Under the pieces are notes generated by a model. It was given only the letters and a program-made list of their open reading frames with translations, had not been told where the DNA came from and did not search any database. A stretch of 64,000 nucleotides of DNA. Source: Alloprevotella sp. Lineage in GTDB: Bacteria > Actinomycetota > Coriobacteriia > Coriobacteriales > Eggerthellaceae. Location of the stretch: contig CAVAFY010000006.1 in NCBI GenBank assembly GCA_963588035.1, positions 1,975 through 65,974 of the forward strand, given 5' to 3'. This document shows, one piece after another, positions 29,756 through 38,790 of this stretch; the first letter of the stretch is position 1, and every line of letters begins with the position of its first letter. The position numbers were made by a program, and so were the translations under genes.

Positions 29756-30688
29756 ATGGGCAACCAAGAGGCAAACGTTCTATTCCATGCCGACGACTTC
29801 GGCATCACCGAAGAGCAGGCGCAGGACATCCTGAAGTTAAGCAGCGCATGCGGCGGCAAGGGGGCGCTGGCAAGCGTGAGCATCTTCACCAACTCGCCGG
29901 CGTTCGAGGGCGCTGCGAACCTGGCCAAGCCCTTCGTTGAAGCCGGCAAGCTGAAGATAGGCCTGCACCTGAACTTGGTGGAGGGTTACCCGGTGGCCCC
30001 GGCAAGCGAAGTGCCGCTGCTCGTGAACGAGCGCGGTTCCTTCCACCACAACTTCATGGGGCTTCTGCTTGAAAGCAAGGGGCTTCATCGCCGCGCGTTC
30101 GCCCGGCAGGTTGAACGGGAATGCACCGCCCAGCTGGAACGATTCCTGCAGGCCTTCCCTGCGAAGAAGACGGCGCTGCGCATGGACAGCCACCAGCATA
30201 CCCACGCCATCCCCGCTATAGCGAACGCGCTTGTGCGCGCCGCGGGGAAGCTGGGGTGCACCATCGAGCATCTGCGGGCGCCGGTCGAGCCTCTGCAGCC
30301 CCACAAGGCCGCAGCCATCCTGCGCAGCGAGCTTGAGCCGGGGAAGCCCGACCCGCGCATAACGCCCGACAACCGCGCGAAGGTCGTGCTGCTGGAAAAG
30401 CTCTGGAACAGCAAGAACGGCGGTGCCGGCTTGGGGCTTCCCTATTCGCTGTTCTGCGGGGTAGCCCTTTCGGCCCACATGGACGAGGTGGACGAAGAGC
30501 TGGTGCGCGCCTTTGCGCAAAGCGCCGCGAAGCTTGGGGTTGGGGCCGAAATCCTATTCCACCCCATCAGCGTCCCTGTTAGCCAGTGCCTCGACCCCGA
30601 GAACACGCCCTTTGCGCAGGCATGCGCCAGCGCGGCGCGCGACCGCGAGGCGAAGACGTTGATGGCGTTGGAGGGCTTTGGCGAATAA
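29756..30688 (+). CDS. YdjC/ChbG/HpnK-family carbohydrate deacetylase
   Basis: Motifs VLFHADDFGIT, LHLNLVEG and MDSHQHTHAIP. Confidence 0.8.
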   Translation: MGNQEANVLFHADDFGITEEQAQDILKLSSACGGKGALASVSIFTNSPAFEGAANLAKPFVEAGKLKIGLHLNLVEGYPVAPASEVPLLVNERGSFHHNFMGLLLESKGLHRRAFARQVERECTAQLERFLQAFPAKKTALRMDSHQHTHAIPAIANALVRAAGKLGCTIEHLRAPVEPLQPHKAAAILRSELEPGKPDPRITPDNRAKVVLLEKLWNSKNGGAGLGLPYSLFCGVALSAHMDEVDEELVRAFAQSAAKLGVGAEILFHPISVPVSQCLDPENTPFAQACASAARDREAKTLMALEGFGE

Positions 30689-30837
30689 AGGCGGCTGCAA
30701 CAGTGAGCGGGGTACCGGCAATTCGCCTCTCCCGTCACTGCCGCATGGTGAATCTGCGCCGTGTCCTAGCTCATCTTGGTGCGACTAGGACCTACCGCCC
30801 CAGCCCACAGGCCTACCGGCTAACGAACCCAACCAAA

Positions 30838-31620
30838 CTACCGGCTCATCAAGAACGGCGAGCCTCTGCGCCGTCCTCGACCCGGCGAAGCGGCGGGCTG
30901 CCCTACCGCCTTCGCGTCGCACGCCTCCACGAAGGCCTGGAACACCTGGCGCTCGGCGCGGTCCTTCTCCCACAGGAACTCGGGGTGCCATTGCACGCCC
31001 CAGGTGAAGCTCTTCATGGGATGGTAGAACGCCTCTATCAGGGAATCCGACGCAATGGCCATGGGCGAAAGCTGGAACGACAAATCGCGTATCCCCTGAT
31101 GGTGATAGCTGTTCACCTGCAACTTCGTCGATTTCAGCAGATAGTATAAAGGCGTGCCCGGAACCAGCGAAACTTCGTGGCAGGGGCGGTCGTACGGCGC
31201 GCTCATGTGGTGCTGCAGCGCGCCTGGCAGCTGCGAGGGCAGGTCCTGGTACAGCGTTCCGCCCAGGCACACGTTGATGAACTGGGCGCCGCGGCATATC
31301 CCCAGCACGGGAAGGTCTATCATCAGCGCGCGCTGCAGCAGCGCGAACTCCAGCTTGTCGCGCTGCGCGCTCACCTCGCCGCACTTCGGGCTCTTCCGCT
31401 CTTCGTACAGAGCCGGATCCACATCGTGCCCGCCGGTGAACAGGATGCCGTCGCACATATCCACCAGCTGGGAGATATCCGCATCGGCGGAGGTGAACGG
31501 AAGGATAAGGGGCAGGGCGCCGCAACTCTTCAGCGCATCCACATAACCGGGCAGCATCCATATGCTCTCGCGCTCATCGTCGTACAGCGGCGTTACGCCG
31601 ATCACCGGTTTGTCGCCCAT
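30838..31620 (-). CDS. class I glutamine amidotransferase-like gamma-glutamyl hydrolase (PuuD / peptidase C26 family)
   Basis: PVIGVTP, FTGGHDVDP, LGICRGAQFINV (nucleophile Cys) and SYHHQG. Start set at ATG 31620, which has AAAGGAGAGG upstream. The track ORF extends to 31701. Confidence 0.85.
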   Translation of the reverse strand: MGDKPVIGVTPLYDDERESIWMLPGYVDALKSCGALPLILPFTSADADISQLVDMCDGILFTGGHDVDPALYEERKSPKCGEVSAQRDKLEFALLQRALMIDLPVLGICRGAQFINVCLGGTLYQDLPSQLPGALQHHMSAPYDRPCHEVSLVPGTPLYYLLKSTKLQVNSYHHQGIRDLSFQLSPMAIASDSLIEAFYHPMKSFTWGVQWHPEFLWEKDRAERQVFQAFVEACDAKAVGQPAASPGRGRRRGSPFLMSR

Positions 31621-31707
31621 GCAGCCTCTCCTTTCCGTGCTCGTCCCAGATTGCAGGCGGCGAAGATCGAATGAGCGGGCAGCACCGGGCCGCCCGCTCA
31701 ACAGTTC

Positions 31708-32841
31708 CTAGAACTTCGCCTTGAAGCGGTCGTAATGAAGGCCGCTGATGTCGATCGTGGTGCTAGCCCCCGTCTCGATGAGCTCGGATAAGGCATAGCC
31801 GATGGCAGGCGAGATGCCGAAGCCGTGGGCGTTGAAGCCATAGGCGGTTACCAGGCCCGGGACCTCTTCGCAATCGCCCAGGATCGGCACGCCATCGGGG
31901 GTGATGTCGATCCAGCCGGCCCAGGTGCGCACGATGTTCATCTCGGCGAGCTTCGGGAAGTACTTCATGATGCCGCGGCATACGCAGGGCGCCGTGGTGG
32001 AAGTGCCCTTTGTCTTCAGGTCGTAGATATCGAAGCCCTCAAGGTCGTCGTCGCCGCCGAACACGAACGAGCCGTGGTTGGTCTGACCGCCGTAGAAGTC
32101 GGCCTCGGCGGTGCCCAGCATGGTGTCGAACATGTGGGGCTGGGCTTCCGTGACCAGGCAGTGGTCGATGCGGGGGCGCACCTTGGCGTTGATGCCGATG
32201 GTGGAAAGGATCTCCTTCGACTGGGCGCCGGCGCACACCATCACGGTGTCGGCCTCGTACTCGCCGTGCTCTGCGATGACCTTGCGCACGCGGCCCTTCA
32301 CCTTGCGCAGCGCCAAGACCTTTTCGCCGGTGATGAACTTCACGCCCATGGCCAGGGCGTTCTTGTAGAAGCCGAGGCCCGTCTTAAGCGGGTTGGCATG
32401 GCCGTCGGTGGGGCACCAGCTTGCGCCGATGACCTCCTCGGAGAGGAAGGGGTTGATCTGGCGCGCCTCTTCACCGGTGATCATCCCCACGCCCACGCCG
32501 CAGGCAGCGGCGTTGTTCGCCAGGCGCGTAAGGGTCTTCAGGTGCTCTTCGGTCTTGCCCAGGCGCAGGTTGCCGCCCTGGTTGTACTCGACGTCTACCC
32601 CGAGCTCTTCGCCGAGGGTGGGCCAGATGTTCTGCACGCCGTACAGGGCCAGGGGAAGCTCGCGCGGGTCGCGGCCGCTCTGGCGCACGCCGCCGGCGTT
32701 TCGGGAAGCGCCGCCGTTGAGCATGATCTCCTGCGCCTCAAGCACGATGACATTGGTGATGCCGCGTTTGGCCAGGTAGTAAGCGGTGGAGCATCCCTCG
32801 ATGCCGCCACCGACGATGATAACGTCTGCTGTAGTGCTCAT
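31708..32841 (-). CDS. FAD-dependent oxidoreductase, DAO family (HcnC / OoxB / sarcosine oxidase beta-like)
   Basis: DVIIVGGGIEGCSTAYYLAKRG dinucleotide fold. Length is 377 aa. It sits in a cluster with 2Fe-2S and pyridine-nucleotide-disulfide oxidoreductase genes. Confidence 0.8.
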   Translation of the reverse strand: MSTTADVIIVGGGIEGCSTAYYLAKRGITNVIVLEAQEIMLNGGASRNAGGVRQSGRDPRELPLALYGVQNIWPTLGEELGVDVEYNQGGNLRLGKTEEHLKTLTRLANNAAACGVGVGMITGEEARQINPFLSEEVIGASWCPTDGHANPLKTGLGFYKNALAMGVKFITGEKVLALRKVKGRVRKVIAEHGEYEADTVMVCAGAQSKEILSTIGINAKVRPRIDHCLVTEAQPHMFDTMLGTAEADFYGGQTNHGSFVFGGDDDLEGFDIYDLKTKGTSTTAPCVCRGIMKYFPKLAEMNIVRTWAGWIDITPDGVPILGDCEEVPGLVTAYGFNAHGFGISPAIGYALSELIETGASTTIDISGLHYDRFKAKF

Positions 32842-32853
32842 TGCTCGCTCCTC

Positions 32854-33177
32854 CTAGAATCGCTCGTTGCCCAGCTCCTGCATCTGCAGGGGGCGCTGAG
32901 GTGAGCGGGCGTGCGGGTTCTGCAGCTCCTCGATGGTGAGGCCGGCCTCGCGGGCGAGGATCCCCTTCACCAGCTTGGTGCAGGTGCGCCCTTGGCACAG
33001 GCCCATGGCGCAGCGGGTGAATCGGCGGACCTCCGGGAAGCGGTAGAGCCCCTCGTGAACCGCGCGGCGAAGCTCGCCCTTGGTCACTTCCTCGCAGCGG
33101 CAGATGATCATGTCGTCGTCGGGCTCGGGCTTGAACGGCTCATCGGCAAGCCGACGGATGGTTGGTGTGGTGTCCAT
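32854..33177 (-). CDS. BFD-like [2Fe-2S]-binding domain protein
   Basis: Cys pattern is ICRCEEVTKGEL...CAMGLCQGRTC. Confidence 0.75.
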   Translation of the reverse strand: MDTTPTIRRLADEPFKPEPDDDMIICRCEEVTKGELRRAVHEGLYRFPEVRRFTRCAMGLCQGRTCTKLVKGILAREAGLTIEELQNPHARSPQRPLQMQELGNERF

Positions 33178-33195
33178 GGTGCGTTCCTCTTCTCT

Positions 33196-34782
33196 CTACG
33201 CGGTCATGGTTGCGGCGGCCGTCTTGAAGAAACGCGCCTGGTGCACGAATTCCTTTGGCACGCTCATGGTGAGCAGGGCGGTATGGTCGAAGGCCTTCGG
33301 GTTCATCACCTTCACCACTTCGGCGTCGCATATCACTTGGCCGCTTCGGTCGAGGGCCTTGCCGGCGGTGCCCTTCTCAGGCAGCGGGTAGAACTCGTAG
33401 GGCAGGGTTACCTGCGCCGTGCCGTCGCCCATGTCCTCGTTCACCAGGAAGATGGCCTGGCCGGGGCAGAACGCCACGCACTTGCCGCAGTTGCTGCAGT
33501 TGGCCTCGGTGTTGATGGTGGGCAGGATGGTGATGTTGGAGCCCACGTTGATGCAGTGGCGCGGGCATACGTCCTGGCAGGGGTTGCAGGGGATGTTCTG
33601 CGTGCACTCGATCACCGCGTGCCAGCCCTCCATATGGGTTACGCCGCCGAAGGAATCCACTTCCTCGTCGGTGACGAAGCCCTTCTTCAGCAGGCTCTGC
33701 GAAAGCGGGATGCCTTCCTCGGTTTCGGTGAACACCTTGCCGCGATTCTGCGGGGCGAACATGCCGATGCGCAAACGATCCAGCGCGTCGTAGTGCTCTT
33801 GGCGGTCGGCCGCTGCCTGCTCGGCGTCGATGAAGCCCAGGAACTCTGCGGCGGATACCGCTGCGATGCGGCCCTCGATCATGGCGGAGCTTGCTTCCTC
33901 GATGCCCGCTGCGTCGCCGGCCACGAAGATGCCCGGTACCGAAGTGGAGCAATCCTCGCTGCTTACCGGGATGCGGCCACCGCGTTCCACCATGTCGCAA
34001 CCAGCCATGTCAAGCAGCTGCGATTGCGGGGAAAGGCCGACTGCCAGGCAGATCGTGTCCACGTCGAAGTGCTTTTCGGTGCCCTCGATGAACTGGAAGC
34101 AGCTGTCCACCTCCGCGATGGTGACGCCGGTCACATGGTCTTCGCCCTCGGCCTTCTTGATGGTGTGCGACGTGTAGAACGGGACGCCCGTGCGCGCCAG
34201 CTTGGAGGCATGCACGCCGTAGCCGCCGACGCGGGGGCCGGCATCGACCAGGGCAACAACCTCGCAGCCCGCCTGCAGCAGCTGGTAGCTCACTACCAGG
34301 CCGACGTTGCCGGTGCCCAGCATGAGCACCTTGTTGCCCGGCTTCACCCCGTTCAGGTTCATGAACATCTGGGCAGCTCCGGCGCCGATGACGCCGGGAA
34401 GCGTCCAGCCCTCGAAGGTGACGGCATTCTCGGAAGCGCCCGTGGCAACGATGATGCTGTCTGCCTTGTAGTGCTCGGTGCGGTCCTCGCGGTGCACCAG
34501 CACCTCGTTCTCGGGGAAGATGCCCATGACCACGCTGTTCAGCTCAACGTCTACGCCGGCTTCGGCGGCTTCCTTCAGCAGGTCCTGGCCGATGGTGATG
34601 CCGCGCAGCTTTGCGCCATGCTCCTTGGAACCGAAGAACTTGTGGATCTGCTTGAACAGCTGGCCGCCAGGACGGGAATTCTCGTCGAACACCACTACCT
34701 CAAGGCCGTAGCGGGCGGCGGCGATTGCGGCGCACAGGCCGGAAGGGCCGGCACCCACGATGATAAGGTCGTATCGCTTCAT
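33196..34782 (-). CDS. FAD/NAD(P)-binding pyridine nucleotide-disulfide oxidoreductase with C-terminal 4Fe-4S motifs (HcnB / OoxA / proline dehydrogenase alpha-like)
   Basis: DLIIVGAGPSGLCAAIAAARYG and a second fold MLGTGNVGLVVSYQLLQAG. C-terminal Cys motifs are CNPCQDVCPRHC and CSNCGKCVAFCP. Confidence 0.8.
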   Translation of the reverse strand: MKRYDLIIVGAGPSGLCAAIAAARYGLEVVVFDENSRPGGQLFKQIHKFFGSKEHGAKLRGITIGQDLLKEAAEAGVDVELNSVVMGIFPENEVLVHREDRTEHYKADSIIVATGASENAVTFEGWTLPGVIGAGAAQMFMNLNGVKPGNKVLMLGTGNVGLVVSYQLLQAGCEVVALVDAGPRVGGYGVHASKLARTGVPFYTSHTIKKAEGEDHVTGVTIAEVDSCFQFIEGTEKHFDVDTICLAVGLSPQSQLLDMAGCDMVERGGRIPVSSEDCSTSVPGIFVAGDAAGIEEASSAMIEGRIAAVSAAEFLGFIDAEQAAADRQEHYDALDRLRIGMFAPQNRGKVFTETEEGIPLSQSLLKKGFVTDEEVDSFGGVTHMEGWHAVIECTQNIPCNPCQDVCPRHCINVGSNITILPTINTEANCSNCGKCVAFCPGQAIFLVNEDMGDGTAQVTLPYEFYPLPEKGTAGKALDRSGQVICDAEVVKVMNPKAFDHTALLTMSVPKEFVHQARFFKTAAATMTA

Positions 34783-34793
34783 CCTAACCGCCT

Positions 34794-35126
34794 CTATTCC
34801 GCAGCCTCGGCGCCGGGCTTGGCCGAAACGCCGTATTGGGTTTGCACTGTCATCCCGGCGCGCACGGGTGTGATGCAGGTGCGCACGTTGGGCTTGCCGT
34901 CTACCACCATCACGCAGTCGGTGCAGCGGCCGATTGCGCAGAACACGCCGCGCGGGCGGTCCATCTTCATGGTGTGGCGGTGAACCATGACGCCTGCCGC
35001 CTTGAGGGCCGCGGCGATGGGCTCGCCCTCATATCCTTCGATGGGCTTGCCGTCGTAGCTGAAGGTGACCAGCGGCCCCTTCTCGGGCTCACCCAGAATG
35101 GGGTGGAAATCGATTCTTTGAGACAT
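34794..35126 (-). CDS. small [2Fe-2S] protein (Fer2_4 type, HcnA-like)
   Basis: FSYDGKPIEGYEGEPIAAALKAAG...FCAIGRCTDCVMVVDGKPNVRTC. Start set at ATG 35126 (AGGA 6 nt upstream). The track start is TTG at 35153. Confidence 0.75.
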   Translation of the reverse strand: MSQRIDFHPILGEPEKGPLVTFSYDGKPIEGYEGEPIAAALKAAGVMVHRHTMKMDRPRGVFCAIGRCTDCVMVVDGKPNVRTCITPVRAGMTVQTQYGVSAKPGAEAAE

Positions 35127-35235
35127 AACCTGTCCTAACCGTTTGCTTATCAACGGTGCCGCAGCCCTTGCCCAGGCCGCGGCACCTGAAAGTGAGAGGG
35201 TCGATGAGGAAAGACCCTAGGAAAGCGTTTCGCGC

Positions 35236-36375
35236 TTATGCGAACGTGGGGGCATCCCACAGGTGAAGCTTGGTGCCGATGCCCATCTTCACGGCGTTGT
35301 CGTAGCAGTACTTGCCCCAAGCAACGTCCTCAACCGGCATGCCGCCGACGCTCATGGTGATAACCTCGTCGTCGCTTTCGCGGCCAGGGGCCTTGCCCAG
35401 CAGGATGTCGCCCATGGAGATGATGCGGTCGCGGGTGATCAGGTCGTCGTGCACCATGTCGGTGAACTTGCATCCGAAGATGTCCATGCCGTAGCCGAAG
35501 GTGGGGTATGGGTACTCCTGAGCCCATGCGTCGTACAGGCCGATGTCGTCTACCACGAGCTTGCACTTGTCGATGAGGAACTGGTCCTCAACGTCGTAGG
35601 CCGAAGTGCCCACGATGAAGGCGCCGGGCTTCACCCATTCGCCCATCACCTTTGCGTAGGTGTTCGGGTCGGAAGTGGCGGTTGCGCCGAAGTACACGCA
35701 GTCGGAGTCGCGGACCAGGGATTCAAGGTCGTCCACCACTTCGATGGTGGTGAACTGCGGGTGATGCTCCTTGACGTAGGCAACGTAGTTGTCGATGCCG
35801 CGCTGGCTGCGGCCCTTGATCTTCACGGTGTCCATCTCGGGGCATTCAGCGGCGAATGCGTCGATGGCGGTACGGCTCATGCCGCCCGGGCCGTAGATGC
35901 CCAGGACCTTGGAGTCCTTGCGGGCCAGATGGCGGATGCCGACGCCGGGGATGCCGCCGGTGCGGTAGGCGGAAAGCAGGTTCGCGGAAAGCAATGCGAT
36001 GGGAGCGCCGGTGTCCTTATCGTTCAGCATAACCATGAGGATGGAACGGGGCAGGCCCTTTTCCTTGTTCGCCGTGTTGGAGCCGTACCACTTGCAGCCC
36101 GCCATGTCGAAGGGGCCGCCCAGATAGGCCGGCATCGCCATGAAGCGGCGATCCTCGCCCTGGTTGGTGGGCATGTTGGGGAACGGAGAGGTTTCGGGGA
36201 AGGTGACCATGCAGCCGTGGGACGTGCCGTCCTTGCCGCCCATCATGAAGTCGCCAACGCGCAGGCACTTCAGAACCTCTTCCATCGTGTCGATACAGTC
36301 GGAGATGTTCATAACGCCGGCTTTGATCATGTCTTCCTCGTTGAGATACAGGAAATCAATCGCTGGATAACTCAT
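35236..36375 (-). CDS. ornithine cyclodeaminase / mu-crystallin family protein
   Basis: LSAYRTGGIPGVG and a Rossmann segment VLGIYGPGGMSRTAIDAF. Start set at ATG 36375 (MSYPAIDFLYL), which has GAGGAGG 6 nt upstream. The track ORF extends to 36399. Confidence 0.8.
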   Translation of the reverse strand: MSYPAIDFLYLNEEDMIKAGVMNISDCIDTMEEVLKCLRVGDFMMGGKDGTSHGCMVTFPETSPFPNMPTNQGEDRRFMAMPAYLGGPFDMAGCKWYGSNTANKEKGLPRSILMVMLNDKDTGAPIALLSANLLSAYRTGGIPGVGIRHLARKDSKVLGIYGPGGMSRTAIDAFAAECPEMDTVKIKGRSQRGIDNYVAYVKEHHPQFTTIEVVDDLESLVRDSDCVYFGATATSDPNTYAKVMGEWVKPGAFIVGTSAYDVEDQFLIDKCKLVVDDIGLYDAWAQEYPYPTFGYGMDIFGCKFTDMVHDDLITRDRIISMGDILLGKAPGRESDDEVITMSVGGMPVEDVAWGKYCYDNAVKMGIGTKLHLWDAPTFA

Positions 36376-36772
36376 TGGGGGCCTCCTCATATCAGGCATT
36401 GCTTCCTTGCTTCGTCCGCGAATCGGTCTTCGCTTCGGTTGCCTTTAATTATTCGAAGGCGCGTTACTAGCTTATTTCGGCGAAATGAAGGCTTCTTTGC
36501 CAGGTCGTGTACGTCTTGGGTCTTTTGGGGTTCGTTTGCGTAACAAGCGGGACTAATCGGAATGAAAGCCCAGGTAAACACGTTGTTCATCGTGAAACAT
36601 AGCCGACATGCCGAAACATTCCGCCCTGCAGTTGGCGAAACTTCGGGGTCCCTTGGCGGCAAAAAAGCCGGGCCGCAATATGGAACTTCCGCTCCCAATG
36701 CGGCTAGGGCGCTGGGGCCGTAAGCCAATCCAACGCCATCCAGGGAGGCGAACCCAGGCCGCCCAACGCAGC

Positions 36773-36816
36773 AAAAAGGCCGGCGCCATGAGATGAGATC
36801 TCTCACAGTGCCGGCC
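36773..36816 (-). terminator. terminator after glnK
   Basis: Minus strand reads GGCCGGC...(25-nt loop containing GAGATCTC)...GCCGGCC followed by TTTTT. Confidence 0.55.
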
Positions 36817-36854
36817 CTATTCAAAGCCGCTGTTTTACGGTAGCTCGCCGTAGG

Positions 36855-37193
36855 CTATACCGCCGCTTCGCCCGATTCACCGGTACGGATGCGGATAACC
36901 TGGTCTACCGGCATAACGAAGATCTTGCCGTCGCCGACTTCGCCGGTGTAGGCGGTCTTACGGATCAAGTCCACTACCTTTTCCACCTCGTCGTCGGACA
37001 CCACCAAGTCGAACTTGATCTTAGGCAGCATGGTCACCAAGACCTCGGATCCGCGCACGTACTCGCTCCAGCCGTGCTGGCTGCCGCAGCCCATCACCTC
37101 GGAAACGGTAAGGCCGCCTATGCCACCCTGGAAAAGGGCTTCTTTCAACGGCTCAAGCATGCTTGAGCGGACAATCGCCTCTACTTTCTTCAT
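36855..37193 (-). CDS. glnK: P-II nitrogen regulatory protein (GlnK-type, linked to amtB)
   Basis: 112 aa. MKKVEAIVR...GDGKIFVMPVDQVIRIRTGE aligns without gaps to E. coli GlnB. Confidence 0.92.
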   Translation of the reverse strand: MKKVEAIVRSSMLEPLKEALFQGGIGGLTVSEVMGCGSQHGWSEYVRGSEVLVTMLPKIKFDLVVSDDEVEKVVDLIRKTAYTGEVGDGKIFVMPVDQVIRIRTGESGEAAV

Positions 37194-37205
37194 GATCTAC
37201 CTCAC

Positions 37206-38540
37206 TTACTGATCAAGGCCGGTGAAGGACGGATAGCCGGATTCGCCGTGTACTGTAGTGTCAAGGCCGCGGTTCTCGACTTCCTTGCTGACGCGCAAGC
37301 TGCCGCCGAAGATCGCCTTGGCAATGTAGCCGATGATCGCCGTGGTAATCGTTACGTACACCAGGGTAACAAGAACCGAAAGCACCTGGTTAACCAGCAA
37401 GGTTGGGTCGCCGGTGTACAACAGACCACCCAGTCCGTTGGTGGAAAGGCCCGGCATTGCGAAGATGCCGGTAAGGATGCAGCCGACGATACCGCCAACA
37501 CCATGGCACCCGAAGGCGTCAAGGGCGTCGTCCCAACCAAGCTTACGCTTCAGAACGGCGATGAAGTAGTAGCAGATCGGGGAAACGATCAGGCCCATGA
37601 TGATGGCCACCATCGGGTCCACGAAACCGCATGCCGGGGTGATAACCACCAGGCCGGCCAGGATGCCGGTGCAGCCACCAACCAGCGTGGGCTTCTTCGT
37701 CACGATGCGCTCAACGGCAAGCCAGCTTGCCGATGCGGCGCAGGCTGCCAGCAGCGTGTTGCAGATAGCAAGGCCCGCATAGCCGTCGGCAGCCAAGGCA
37801 GAGCCGCCGTTGAAGCCGAACCAGCCCACGAACAGCAAGCCGCAGCCGATTACCACTGCAGGGACGTTGTGCGGACGAACGGTGCGCACGCCGAAACCGG
37901 TGCGCTTGCCAAGGATCAAGGCAAGCACCAAGCCGCCAAGACCCGAGCAGATATGAACTGCCGTACCACCAGCGAAGTCGAGCGCCCCAATTGCGTAGGA
38001 GTTGCCGATCAGGCCGCCGCCCCAAACCATATGGGCCATGGGGGCGTATACGATCAGGCTCCAGAACAGAAGGATGAACGTGATGGCGCCGAACTTCATG
38101 CGGCCCGCCAAAGCGCCGGTAACGATTGCGGCAGTTACCATGGCGAAGGTTGCCTGGAAGGCAACATCCATCAAGCCAGGGTACGTGCCGAGTGCAACAT
38201 CAGCGTAGGTCGGGTCGGTGGGCGCCGCCTGGAGCGATGCGAGAATCTCGTCGAGCGACCAGGTTGCGAACATCCGGTCAAAGCCACCGACGAACAGGTT
38301 TGCAACACTCACCAGGTTGCCGTTCTCATCGAAGGCATCTGATCCGCCGTACGCGATCGAGTCGCCGATAATCGCCCAAAGGCAACCGACGATGCCCATC
38401 GCCAACACACACATAAGCATGGTGTTCACGACGTTCTTCCTTCGGGACAGACCTCCGTAGAATAGGGCGAGTGCAGGGCTCATCATGAGCACAAAACCGC
38501 AGCTCATGATCATAAATGTAGTTGTTCCCGGATCATACAT
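37206..38540 (-). CDS. amtB: ammonium transporter
   Basis: Amt family sequence with FMIMSCGFVLMMSPALALFYGG, AGGTAVHI and FGCHGVGGIVG. Start set at ATG 38540 (MYDPGTT), which has AAAGGAAAAG upstream. The track ORF extends to 38639. Confidence 0.9.
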   Translation of the reverse strand: MYDPGTTTFMIMSCGFVLMMSPALALFYGGLSRRKNVVNTMLMCVLAMGIVGCLWAIIGDSIAYGGSDAFDENGNLVSVANLFVGGFDRMFATWSLDEILASLQAAPTDPTYADVALGTYPGLMDVAFQATFAMVTAAIVTGALAGRMKFGAITFILLFWSLIVYAPMAHMVWGGGLIGNSYAIGALDFAGGTAVHICSGLGGLVLALILGKRTGFGVRTVRPHNVPAVVIGCGLLFVGWFGFNGGSALAADGYAGLAICNTLLAACAASASWLAVERIVTKKPTLVGGCTGILAGLVVITPACGFVDPMVAIIMGLIVSPICYYFIAVLKRKLGWDDALDAFGCHGVGGIVGCILTGIFAMPGLSTNGLGGLLYTGDPTLLVNQVLSVLVTLVYVTITTAIIGYIAKAIFGGSLRVSKEVENRGLDTTVHGESGYPSFTGLDQ

Positions 38541-38790
38541 GAGCTTTTCCTTTCTGCTACGAGGATCTGTTTTCAATGCGTTGGGGGAGCTCGTAACAGG
38601 GCTCATTCTAGGAAGCGTTTGTTTCCGAATATGTTTCATTCTGTTGATTAATCCGCATTTGAACCAACGTGCATACAGCAGAAACGCTCATGCAATGAAA
38701 GCGAAATACAGCGCAGTTAAGGTACATAACCATAGTTCTGGCACCCAGAACCTATTCAATACGCCATCGACGATGGAAGAAGAGGATGTT

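Noticed and set aside
36387-36824. 145-aa minus-strand ORF and 62-aa plus-strand ORF (36608-36796) in the glnK / redox-operon gap
   Set aside because: Junk-like composition, no RBS, and both overlap the glnK terminator. Treated as non-coding.
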